From: an uncultured Isosphaeraceae bacterium
GTDB lineage: Bacteria > Planctomycetota > Phycisphaerae > Phycisphaerales > SM1A02
Reading direction: 5' to 3'
DNA: 64,000 nucleotides
NCBI GenBank assembly: GCA_964614695.1
Contig: CAZTMB010000001.1
Span: 1,858 to 65,857, forward strand
Both the position numbers and the translations under genes were made by a program. Below the pieces are notes generated by a model. That model worked only from the letters and a program-made list of their open reading frames with translations, had not been told where the DNA came from and did no database searches. Below are positions 25,933 to 34,456 of this stretch, piece by piece; position 1 is the stretch's first letter, and every line of letters begins with the position of its first letter.

Positions 25933-28172
25933 GCCACCGCCCCCCGCATGTCCATCGGCACCTGCACGATCCAGAAGCCGAGCAGGCAGAGCGCCGCGGC
26001 GATCGCGATCCACGGCCACGACCAGCGGCCGAGGCTCTTGACGAGCGCCGCCGCCGTCACCAGAGCGCCGAGTTGCAACGCGAGCAGTTCCGCCGGCACA
26101 AGCCAGTCGGGCACCTCGGCGCAGCAGGCCTTCGCCCATTGCGGCTCGCCGAGATGAACACCGAGGTCGCCGGCGGCCCGCTGCAGGCTCGCCCATCCCG
26201 CCGCGAAGCCGGTGACGAGGTGGAAGCCGAAGTGAACCGCCCACATCGCGGCGCCGAGCGGCAACAGTCCGCGCATCCCGCGGCAGAACCGCTCCCGCGA
26301 TGCGGCCGACGCGGCCACGCCGAGCAGGGCCGGGACGGCGACGGCGGCGAGGATCGTGGCGACGAAGGCGACGAGCCGGTCGTTCGCGAGCCCGAGCGCC
26401 ATCGAGATCTCCCGCAGCCACGCGGTCACCGGCTCGGTCATGCCGACGGCATTCGCGAACGCGCCGAACACGAGCACGCCCGCGAGCATCGCCAGATCGA
26501 GGCGGTTCGAGATTCGACCGATGTTCGATCGGGGTCCGTCGTCGGCGAGATCCTCGATGGTGCGGCGATCGACGAGCGTCACGTTGTCGTGCGGGCACGC
26601 GTGCGCACAGTCCATGCAGAAGGTGCAGTCGAGGTTGCCGCGCTTGCGAGGCTGCGCCAGATGCAGTTCGCAGCCGGGAATCGACGGAGCCGGCGAAGGC
26701 GAGCCGGCGAAGGGCATCGCCAGCACCGGCAGCGCGAGGTGTCGATCGTGGTCGGCGGTGCGGCCGGTGCCGCGAATGCACTCCATCGTGGTGCAGGTTC
26801 CGCAGACCGCGGCGTTCCGCACGCCGACCGCGACCGGCGCGGTCTCCGCGAGCGATCCATGCAGTTGCCCGAGCGGGCAGACGTGCTTGCAGAACGCGGC
26901 GCCGGCGAAGAAGGCGTCGACGAGAAGCAGCGCCGCGACGTAGCCGACGAGGATCCACGCGGTCGCCCACGGGCTCGCCCAGAGGTCGAACGCCTCGTAG
27001 AAGGCAAGCCACAGCGCGACGAGCCCGACCGCAAGCCACTTCGAGCGAAGCGCCTTCGGGAACGGACGCGTCGGCTGCACGAAGCGCCGCAGCAGCCCGC
27101 GCGGCGCCATGAACGGGCAGCCCATGCACGCGAGATTCCCCGCGAGGATGATCCCGAGCACGATGAAGCCCCGCGCATGCGTCCACGGCAGCGTGCCCGC
27201 GAGGTTGGCGGGCGCCTCCTGCGGGCCGAACCAGCCGTCGAGGCAGACGAGGATCATGAGGGCGAACGCGGTCCACCGGATCGCGTCGCGCACGCGGCGC
27301 TGCCGCAGCGCCGGAAGCAGCAGCAGCGACGCGAGCGTCGGGCGCGGCATCGTGCGCCGTGGTGCGGCTGGAATCGAACAAGGCGCTTCGCGTCGCGGTC
27401 TCCTCAGGCTTCGTGCGACGAGCCATCCCGCGATCGGCAGCATCGCGGCCTGGCTCGCGAACCACATGAGCCCCGCGGCGATCTCCTGATCGCGCAGCGG
27501 AGAGACGCCCAGCATCGGGGCCGTCGTCTCGTAGGACGCGTAGATCGGTCGCCCCGCGAAGGCGAGGATGCCGCAGAAGACGGTGTTCTGGAGGTCGATC
27601 GCGAGCAGCAGCAGCACGCGAGGCATCGGGCTCCACGCGGAGCGGAACGGCCACGGTTCGAAGACGTTCCACCAGACGAGGATTCCCGTGCCGAGGAAGC
27701 AGAGGTGCTCGACCGCGTGCCAGAAGGGATCGGCGATCGCCAGTTCATAGAGCGCCGGGATGTGCCAGAACCACATCGACGCGGAGAAGAGGACGCCCGC
27801 CGTCAGCGGGTGCATGAGCGTGCGGTAGGCGCTCCGGCAGGGAGCGGCTGCGAGGAAGGGTCCGAGCGTCCGCTGCCAGCGGCGCGGAAGTCCGCGGAAG
27901 ATCGGCACGCCCGGCATGCCCGCGACGAGAAGCGGCGCCGCGACGAGCGAGAGCAGCACGTGCTGGGCCATGTGCGGCCAGAGCGCGTACTTCGCGAAGA
28001 GGTCGATGGGCGACGCGAGCGCCGCCCACAGCGTCGCGAGGCCGGCGAGGTAGCACGCCGCGCGTCCGCGGGAGAAGCGAGGGGGCAGGCCGATCCGTCC
28101 GCGCAAGTAGGTCGCCGCGAGCAGGACGATCGCGATCGTCGTCCACGGAGGCACCGTCCACGCGGAGAGCAT
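25929..28172 (-). CDS. fusion protein: caa3-type cytochrome oxidase assembly factor CtaG domain + FixG/CcoG/NapH-like membrane polyferredoxin
   Basis: The N-terminal ~270 aa are polytopic with 'WPHMAQHVLLSLVAAPLLVAG' and 'FWHAVEHLCFLGTG' (caa3_CtaG-like). The C-terminal part carries 'CMGCPF', 'CKHVCPLG', 'CGTCTTMEC' and 'CTFCMDCAHACP', then further TMs. It is one uninterrupted 747-codon frame. Confidence 0.75.
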   Translation of the reverse strand: MLSAWTVPPWTTIAIVLLAATYLRGRIGLPPRFSRGRAACYLAGLATLWAALASPIDLFAKYALWPHMAQHVLLSLVAAPLLVAGMPGVPIFRGLPRRWQRTLGPFLAAAPCRSAYRTLMHPLTAGVLFSASMWFWHIPALYELAIADPFWHAVEHLCFLGTGILVWWNVFEPWPFRSAWSPMPRVLLLLAIDLQNTVFCGILAFAGRPIYASYETTAPMLGVSPLRDQEIAAGLMWFASQAAMLPIAGWLVARSLRRPRREAPCSIPAAPRRTMPRPTLASLLLLPALRQRRVRDAIRWTAFALMILVCLDGWFGPQEAPANLAGTLPWTHARGFIVLGIILAGNLACMGCPFMAPRGLLRRFVQPTRPFPKALRSKWLAVGLVALWLAFYEAFDLWASPWATAWILVGYVAALLLVDAFFAGAAFCKHVCPLGQLHGSLAETAPVAVGVRNAAVCGTCTTMECIRGTGRTADHDRHLALPVLAMPFAGSPSPAPSIPGCELHLAQPRKRGNLDCTFCMDCAHACPHDNVTLVDRRTIEDLADDGPRSNIGRISNRLDLAMLAGVLVFGAFANAVGMTEPVTAWLREISMALGLANDRLVAFVATILAAVAVPALLGVAASAASRERFCRGMRGLLPLGAAMWAVHFGFHLVTGFAAGWASLQRAAGDLGVHLGEPQWAKACCAEVPDWLVPAELLALQLGALVTAAALVKSLGRWSWPWIAIAAALCLLGFWIVQVPMDMRGAVA

Positions 28173-28409
28173 GCGGGAAGGGTAGCGGTCGCGGGCGTCG
28201 AAGCCCGCGGTCTCGCGAAGTTCACGAGGCTCGCGGTGTTCGCGCGGCCGCCGACCCGAGAGCGCAAGCGCCCCGATCGATCGCCTCGTGCCACGCCCGG
28301 AACGGCAGCTTCGATCGAAACGAGGCGACGCGGACTGGTTCGCATCGCGCCGCGACGCGCCCGCGATGTTGAGCGACCTTCAGGGAGCTCCTGCGACCTT
28401 CTGCGGGCT

Positions 28410-29924
28410 TCAGCGACGCTCGGCGGCCTGCGGCGGAATCGGCAGGAGCGCGCCGGGCGGGTTCGAGGTCTGCTCGTTCTCGGGATGCATGGTGAGCAGG
28501 AAGCGCGCGACCGCCTCGGTCTCGGCGCTCGTCAGGCTCTTGCCGAACGCCGGCATGTTGCCGCCGCCCTGCTGGATCTGCCGCACGAGCTGGTCGTAGG
28601 AGAGCCGCGTGGCGACGTCGTCGAGCGCCGGGCCGCGCAGGCCGCCCTGGCCGCCGAGTTCGTGGCAGTTGCGGCACTGGGCGTTCTGGATGACGACCGC
28701 ACCCTGCAGTTCGAGCGGGCCGCGATCCTTGACGTACTCGACCGGCGTGGGAATCGAACTCCACGCGTCCATGACGGGACTCCACGGGCTCTGCCGTCCT
28801 TCCCACGTGAGGATGCCGAGCGCCGTCGCGGCAAGCACCACACCGAGCACCATGAGCGGACGCCGGCTCGGGGCGCGTTCGCCGCCGTTGGAGAGGATCG
28901 GCAGCAGCACGAGGCCGAGGATGAGCGCGCCCGGCGCCACGAGCATCACGAGCGTCTCGCTCGCGGGCGGAATGAGCGAGACGAGCCCGAAGATCCAGAG
29001 GAACGGCAGGTCGGGCCGCGGGTTGGTGTCGATGTCGGTCGGGTCGGGAAGGCCGTTCGGTCCGATCGGCCCGAGCCAGAGCGCGACCGCGACGAGCACG
29101 AGGAGCATCGAGCCGCAGAAGACGAGATCGCGCTTCGCCGCGTCCGGCCAGAACGGCACGCCGTGCTTGTGGATGCGGGCCTCGTAGGTCTCGCGGTAGG
29201 TCGCAGGATCGACCGGCTCGCCGACCTTGGGCATCTCGCTGATGCCGTGACGCAGCACGAGCACCAGATGCAGTCCGACGAGGGCGATGGTGATCCCCGG
29301 CAGCACGAAGACGTGGAGGGCGAAGAAGCGGTTGAGCGTCTCGCCGCTGATGGTCGGCCCGCCGAGCAGCAGGTCGCGGGCGAGGTTGCCGAAGACGGGG
29401 ATGCGATCGGCGATCGCGGCACCGATGCCGATGCCCCAGTAGGCGTCCTGATCCCACCGCAGCACCTGGCCGGTGAAGGCGAGGGCGAGCGTCAGCAGGC
29501 AGAGGAAGACGCCGACGATCCAGGTGAGCTCGCGCGGGAACTTGTAGGTCGCGTGCAGGAAGACCTGCACCATGTGCAGGATCATCATCGCGACCATCGC
29601 GTTGCTCGACCATCCGTGGATCGCCCGCAGCATCCAGCCGAACGGGACGGCGGTGTCGATGTAGACCAGGTTCTCGTAGGCGTTCGAGGCGCTTGGCGCG
29701 TAGAGCGTGCCGAGGCAGATGCCCGTCACGATCTGCAGCGAGAAGAACATCAGCGTCGCGCTGCCGAAGACGTAGAACCACCGGGCGCTCGGCGGCACCT
29801 TGTGGGTCATGATCGGCGCGAGGAACGCGCCGATGCCGGTGCGGTCCTCGAGCCAGCGGATCGGCACGAGGATCGCGCCGAGCAGGGGACCGGGCTTGCG
29901 CTGCCCAGACGCGGCGTCGCTCAT
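28410..29924 (-). CDS. cytochrome b (b6 + subunit IV-like) fused to a C-terminal monoheme cytochrome c domain
   Basis: 'FYVFGSATLMFFSLQIVTGI', 'HGWSSNAMVAMMILHMVQVF' and 'FFALHVFVLPG' give the bis-His heme b ligand pattern. C-terminal 'CRNCH ... GGNMPAF'. Confidence 0.9.
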   Translation of the reverse strand: MSDAASGQRKPGPLLGAILVPIRWLEDRTGIGAFLAPIMTHKVPPSARWFYVFGSATLMFFSLQIVTGICLGTLYAPSASNAYENLVYIDTAVPFGWMLRAIHGWSSNAMVAMMILHMVQVFLHATYKFPRELTWIVGVFLCLLTLALAFTGQVLRWDQDAYWGIGIGAAIADRIPVFGNLARDLLLGGPTISGETLNRFFALHVFVLPGITIALVGLHLVLVLRHGISEMPKVGEPVDPATYRETYEARIHKHGVPFWPDAAKRDLVFCGSMLLVLVAVALWLGPIGPNGLPDPTDIDTNPRPDLPFLWIFGLVSLIPPASETLVMLVAPGALILGLVLLPILSNGGERAPSRRPLMVLGVVLAATALGILTWEGRQSPWSPVMDAWSSIPTPVEYVKDRGPLELQGAVVIQNAQCRNCHELGGQGGLRGPALDDVATRLSYDQLVRQIQQGGGNMPAFGKSLTSAETEAVARFLLTMHPENEQTSNPPGALLPIPPQAAERR

Positions 29925-30581
29925 TCAGGGCGCCTCCTGCAGGCCGGGCAGCCGCCCGGCGTCGATCCACAGATGCCCGTCCTCGATCTTCGCCGGATAC
30001 GGGAAGAGGCTCCGCGGCGGCGGCCCGCTCGCCCGCGATCCGTCCTCGTAGTAGACCCCGCCGTGGCAGGGACACATGAAGAGCCGCGACTGCGGGAACC
30101 AGCGCACCGGACAACCGAGGTGGGCGCAGTTCACCGCGAAGACCTGGAAGTTCGGCGCCTGCGGGTTGAAGGCGTTCGACGGCGGCGGATCGCCGCTTGA
30201 GGTGTCCATCGGCTGCGCCTTCGCGCGGTCGCCGACGTCGCCGGCCGGCACGTGGCGAACCCAGCAGCCGGTGTTCGCGGTGAGGCCGTCGGTCGGCGAC
30301 GTCCACGGATTGATGAAGGTCGCGAAGCGCGTCTCGCCCGGGGGATAGAGCGAGACCGGGCCGAGATCGACCCACTGCTCGGGATACTGGCGAAGGCCCG
30401 GGCCGAGCATCGCGGAGACGACCGGAACCGCGGCGGCCGCGCCGCCGGCGCCCATCAGGCCGAGTCCCACCTTGAACATGAACTGGCGGCGATCGCCGCC
30501 GCCGCAGCCGGCGCAGGGGCTTTCGCCTTCGGCGCCGCCGACCTGCGGCAGCGAGGTCTTGGGTTCGTTCGATTCGCTCAC
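29925..30581 (-). CDS. Rieske [2Fe-2S] subunit of a cytochrome bc-type complex
   Basis: Tat-like 'DRRQFMFKVGLGLMGAGGAAAA', plus cluster boxes 'CAHLGCPV' and 'CPCHGGVY'. GTG start overlaps the upstream stop (GTGA). Confidence 0.9.
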   Translation of the reverse strand: MSESNEPKTSLPQVGGAEGESPCAGCGGGDRRQFMFKVGLGLMGAGGAAAAVPVVSAMLGPGLRQYPEQWVDLGPVSLYPPGETRFATFINPWTSPTDGLTANTGCWVRHVPAGDVGDRAKAQPMDTSSGDPPPSNAFNPQAPNFQVFAVNCAHLGCPVRWFPQSRLFMCPCHGGVYYEDGSRASGPPPRSLFPYPAKIEDGHLWIDAGRLPGLQEAP

Positions 30582-31318
30582 GAGTCGCTTCCTCCTTCAC
30601 TCGACGAGGCCGCCGGAAGCGGCGGGTTCATCGCCGATTCCGACGCCCAGGTCGGGCGCTTCGAGGCGAGATACGCCACGACGTCCGCGATCTCCGCCGG
30701 GGCGAGATCCGACGCGGGCTTTCCGAGATCCGGGCGGCCGAAGACGACGGCGCTCCAGAGGCCCTGATCGGTGATGTTGGCGAGAAAGAGCGGGCTCGTC
30801 ACCGAGTCGCGCGAGCCTTCGGCGTGGCAGGAGACGCACGAGTTCGCGAAGACCGCCTCGCCCCGCGTCGCGTCGCCGAGCTTGACCGCGGAGCCGGCGG
30901 CCGCGGGTTCGCCGGGAGTCTCCCACTTCGCGCGAAGGCCCTTGACGATGAGATCGATCTCCTTGTCGCCGAAGTTCTCGTAGGCGATGTAGGGGCCGCC
31001 CTTCGCCCGCGACGAGAAGCCGGGCATCAGCCGGCCGAGCCCGACCGCCACCGCTTCGACGACCTGCGTGTCGGGCATGGTGCGCCACCAGAGCGGATCG
31101 TTCAGCGGGCGTGCGGCGCCGAGCGTGCCGTCGGCGCCGTGGCAGCCGGCACAGCTGTTGGACCAGAACGCCGCGACGCCTTCGGCGGTGTCGAGGCCCG
31201 GCGCCTCGGGCGCCGGCTTCTCGACCGAGCCGGGCGGCAGCGGTCCGCGGCCGCAGGCGGCGAGCGCCGACGCGAGGCCGATGGCGGCGAGGGGAAGCAG
31301 GAGGGAGGCTCGCGTCAC
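30578..31318 (-). CDS. diheme cytochrome c lipoprotein (QcrC-like)
   Basis: Lipobox 'LASALAAC' and two heme motifs 'CAGCH' and 'CVSCH'. GTG start at 31318 overlaps the upstream stop (GTGA). The track ORF extends further upstream as Arg-rich junk. Confidence 0.8.
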   Translation of the reverse strand: MTRASLLLPLAAIGLASALAACGRGPLPPGSVEKPAPEAPGLDTAEGVAAFWSNSCAGCHGADGTLGAARPLNDPLWWRTMPDTQVVEAVAVGLGRLMPGFSSRAKGGPYIAYENFGDKEIDLIVKGLRAKWETPGEPAAAGSAVKLGDATRGEAVFANSCVSCHAEGSRDSVTSPLFLANITDQGLWSAVVFGRPDLGKPASDLAPAEIADVVAYLASKRPTWASESAMNPPLPAASSSEGGSDS

Positions 31319-32124
31319 GACGCGCCTCCTTCGCTTCGCTCGACGCCGATCCGCTCGGTGAAGTCGAGGTCGCGCATGGTGGAGACCTTCTCGAAGCGGT
31401 TCACGAAGAAGCCGCAGACGCCGCCGAAGGCGACCTGGCTTCCCACGAACCACGGCCAGGAGATGAACTCCTCGAGCGCCGGATTGATGATGCCCATCGT
31501 GCCCCACGAGAGCGCCGAGAGAATGACCGGGGCGACCACGATGCCGAAGAGCATCGGGCGCCGCGGCATCATCGGAAGCGCCACCGTGAAGAGGAGGCCC
31601 GTCGAGATCGAGAGCACCAGGTGGATGAGCGAGGCGATCGCGAGCCAGCCGCCGTTGAAGCTCGCGAGCTGCGCCTCGTCGAGTTCGGCCATCGCCGGAT
31701 TCACGGCGCCGGCGAGCAGATTGATCGGAAGCCACAGGCTGCCGTGCTCGACGAGCCCCCACGCGGCGGCCACGGCCGCCATCGCCACGCCACCTGCGAG
31801 TCCGCCGAAGACGCCCGCGCGGTAGGGATGGATCTCGACCGGCAGCACGAGCCGGCGGCTCGGTGCCGTCCGCGGCGGAAGCGGCGGCGGCACGACGTCG
31901 GTCTGGCCGCCGGTCGGCTCGATCGGCTCGACCGACTCCTCGGGCATCACGTCGCGGAACCACCGGACGGCGCCGAAGACCAGCGCCGCCGCGCCCACGA
32001 CGCTCGCCGCGACGTTCGTCACCACGCCCGCAAAGAGCATCGCGACGCCGAAGGCCGCGATCAGCGGTCCCGCGGTCGGCTTGGGGATCGCCCGGGAGTA
32101 GGGCGTCTCTCGCGGCTCGCTCAT
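31315..32124 (-). CDS. uncharacterised polytopic membrane protein embedded between ctaE and the cytochrome c gene
   Basis: 269 aa with about six hydrophobic segments. ATGA overlap with the ctaE stop at 32121-32124 and GTGA overlap with the next gene at 31315-31318. No family recognised by eye. Confidence 0.65.
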   Translation of the reverse strand: MSEPRETPYSRAIPKPTAGPLIAAFGVAMLFAGVVTNVAASVVGAAALVFGAVRWFRDVMPEESVEPIEPTGGQTDVVPPPLPPRTAPSRRLVLPVEIHPYRAGVFGGLAGGVAMAAVAAAWGLVEHGSLWLPINLLAGAVNPAMAELDEAQLASFNGGWLAIASLIHLVLSISTGLLFTVALPMMPRRPMLFGIVVAPVILSALSWGTMGIINPALEEFISWPWFVGSQVAFGGVCGFFVNRFEKVSTMRDLDFTERIGVERSEGGAS

Positions 32125-32741
32125 GAGAGGATTCCCGTGCCGACGAGGTAGACCGACGTGAAGACGAAGATCCACACCACGTCGACGAAGTGCCAGTACC
32201 AGCTGACGAGCTCGACCTTCTCCGCGTCGGCGGCCTTCAGATGCCCGAGCTTCGAGAGCGTCCAGATCAGCCCGAGCGCGGTGAGGCCGAGGACCACGTG
32301 GAAGGCATGGAAGCCGACGAGGCTGTAGTAGGTGCTTCCGAAGAGGTTCGTCGAGATGAAGAGGTCGTGGTCGAGCATGAGGCCGCGCCACTCCATCGCC
32401 GTGCCGTAGATGAACGCGCCGCCGAGGAGCAGCGTCAGGCCGAGCCAGAACTCGAAGGCGGCCTTGGATCCGCGGGCGAGCGCCTTGACGGCCGCGACGA
32501 CCGTTGCGCTCGAGGAAAGCAGGCAGATCGACCAGACGACGACCGGGCCGACGTCGAGACAGTCCTTGCCGGTCGGTCCCTTCACGTCCTTCCCGACGTA
32601 GTAGAGGAACGCGACGATGAAGGTCCCGAAGAAGAAGCTCTCCATGGCGATGAGGCAGGCCATGCCCGTCTTGCCGCGGGTCGGCCGCCATTCGGCGTCG
32701 TCGGCGGGCGCCGCCTGAAGGGCATCACTCGTAGCGGCCAT
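32121..32741 (-). CDS. ctaE: cytochrome c oxidase subunit III
   Basis: 'GFHAFHVVLGLTALGLIWT' and 'WYWHFVDVVWIFVFTSVYLVG'. Confidence 0.9.
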   Translation of the reverse strand: MAATSDALQAAPADDAEWRPTRGKTGMACLIAMESFFFGTFIVAFLYYVGKDVKGPTGKDCLDVGPVVVWSICLLSSSATVVAAVKALARGSKAAFEFWLGLTLLLGGAFIYGTAMEWRGLMLDHDLFISTNLFGSTYYSLVGFHAFHVVLGLTALGLIWTLSKLGHLKAADAEKVELVSWYWHFVDVVWIFVFTSVYLVGTGILS

Positions 32742-34407
32742 CGGGATCCTCCGGGTGCTTGAGGTCCCACAGCGGGCGGCGGCTGCCGACGGTGGGGGGC
32801 GTGTCGAAGTTGTGCTCGGGCGGCGGGCTCGTGGTCGCCCACTCGAGCGTCCAGGCGTCCCACGGATCGTTGCCGGCGACGGCTCCCTTGCGGAGCGAGC
32901 GGACGAGGTTCCACACGATCAGCAGCACGCCGATGGCCTGCAGCGGAACGCCGCTCGAGGAGAGCAGGTTCCACAGCTCGAGGCCGCGATCGGGCTGGAA
33001 GGTGTAGATCCGCCGCGGCATGCCGAGCAGACCGCTGATGTGCATGGGGAAGAAGGTGAGGTTGAAGCCGGCGAAGAGCAGCCAGAACGACCACTTCGCG
33101 ATCGTCTCGTTCAGCATGCGGCCGAACGCCTTGGGATACCAGTAGTGGATCGCGCCGAAGATCGCGAACACCGTGCCGCCGAAGAGCACGTAGTGGAAGT
33201 GGCCGACGACGAAGTAGCTGTCGCTCACCTGCCAGTCGAAGGGCACCATCGCGAGCATGATGCCGGTGAGCCCGCCGATCACGAACATCGCGACGAAGCC
33301 GGTCGCGAAGAGCATGGGGCTCGCGAAGCGGATGCGGCCGCCCCACATGGTGCCGATCCAGTTGAAGATCTTGATGCCCGTCGGCACCGCGATCATGAAG
33401 GTCATCGCGCTGAAGAAGGCGTTGAGGGCCGGGCCCATGCCGACCGCGAACATGTGGTGGGCCCAGACGCTGAGCGAGATGAAGCCGATCGCCACGGTCG
33501 CGGCGACCATGAGCGGGTAGCCGAAGATCACCTTGCGGCTGAAGGTCGGGATGATCTCGCTCACGAAGCCGAAGGCGGGCAGGATGAGGATGTAGACCTC
33601 CGGGTGCCCGAAGAACCAGAAGAAGTGCTGCCAGAGGATCGCGCTGCCGCCCTCCTGCGGATCGAAGAAGTGCGCCCCGAGGTTGCGGTCGAAGAGGAGC
33701 ATCACCTGCGCGGCGGTGAGCGGCCCGAGGGCGGTGATCACCAGCACGCCGACGATCAGCATCATCCAGGCCATGAGCGGCATCCGCATGAGCGTCATGC
33801 CCTTGCAGCGCATCGACAGGATGGTGACGACGAGGTTGATCCCCGTGGCGATCGATCCGAAGCCGCTCACCATGATCCCGAGGATCCAGTAGTCGGTGCT
33901 GTTGCCGCGGCTGAAGGTGCGGTCGGTGAGCGGGGCGTAGGCGAACCAGCCCACGTCGGGCGCGACCGAGGTCCCGTAGAGCCCCTGCGCTCCGATGTAG
34001 CTGAAGTAGAGGAGGAGGCCGCCGAAGAGGAACAGCCAGAAGCCGAAGGCGTTCAGGCGCGGGAAGGCCATGTCCCGCGCGCCGATCATGAGGGGGATCA
34101 GGTAGTTGCCCATCCCGAGCAGGATCGGCATGCCCACCAGGAAGACCATGGTGGTGCCGTGCATGGTGAAGAGCTGGTTGAAGACCTCCGGACTCACGAG
34201 GTCGTTGCCGGGTCGCGCGAGCTGCGCCCGCATGATCGAGGCCTCGATGCCGCCGATCACGAAGAAGACGAGCCCCGAGAGCACGTACATGATTCCGAGG
34301 CGCTTGTGGTCGACCGTCGCCGCCCACGCGTGAAGCCGCGTCGCGAGGGGGACGGCGCGCGACGCGCCTTCCTCGACCCGCACGGGCGTGGTGCTCAGGG
34401 TGCTCAT
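32725..34407 (-). CDS. ctaD: cytochrome c oxidase subunit I (heme-copper oxidase, A-type)
   Basis: 'DHKRLGIMYV', 'WFFGHPEVYILILPAFG', 'VWAHHMF' and 'GHFHYVLFGG'. Confidence 0.97.
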   Translation of the reverse strand: MSTLSTTPVRVEEGASRAVPLATRLHAWAATVDHKRLGIMYVLSGLVFFVIGGIEASIMRAQLARPGNDLVSPEVFNQLFTMHGTTMVFLVGMPILLGMGNYLIPLMIGARDMAFPRLNAFGFWLFLFGGLLLYFSYIGAQGLYGTSVAPDVGWFAYAPLTDRTFSRGNSTDYWILGIMVSGFGSIATGINLVVTILSMRCKGMTLMRMPLMAWMMLIVGVLVITALGPLTAAQVMLLFDRNLGAHFFDPQEGGSAILWQHFFWFFGHPEVYILILPAFGFVSEIIPTFSRKVIFGYPLMVAATVAIGFISLSVWAHHMFAVGMGPALNAFFSAMTFMIAVPTGIKIFNWIGTMWGGRIRFASPMLFATGFVAMFVIGGLTGIMLAMVPFDWQVSDSYFVVGHFHYVLFGGTVFAIFGAIHYWYPKAFGRMLNETIAKWSFWLLFAGFNLTFFPMHISGLLGMPRRIYTFQPDRGLELWNLLSSSGVPLQAIGVLLIVWNLVRSLRKGAVAGNDPWDAWTLEWATTSPPPEHNFDTPPTVGSRRPLWDLKHPEDPDGRYE

Positions 34408-34456
34408 GCCGCGGGTTCCTGCATCGAAGGGCTCCTGTCGCGGGGACCGCGTCGCG

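Noticed and set aside
25671-30200. 1509-aa plus-strand ORF opposite the CtaG fusion, cytochrome b and Rieske genes
   Set aside because: It is antisense to four motif-supported genes and crosses a 237-bp intergenic repeat region in-frame. Its composition is dominated by Arg/Glu/Asp/Ala/Pro.
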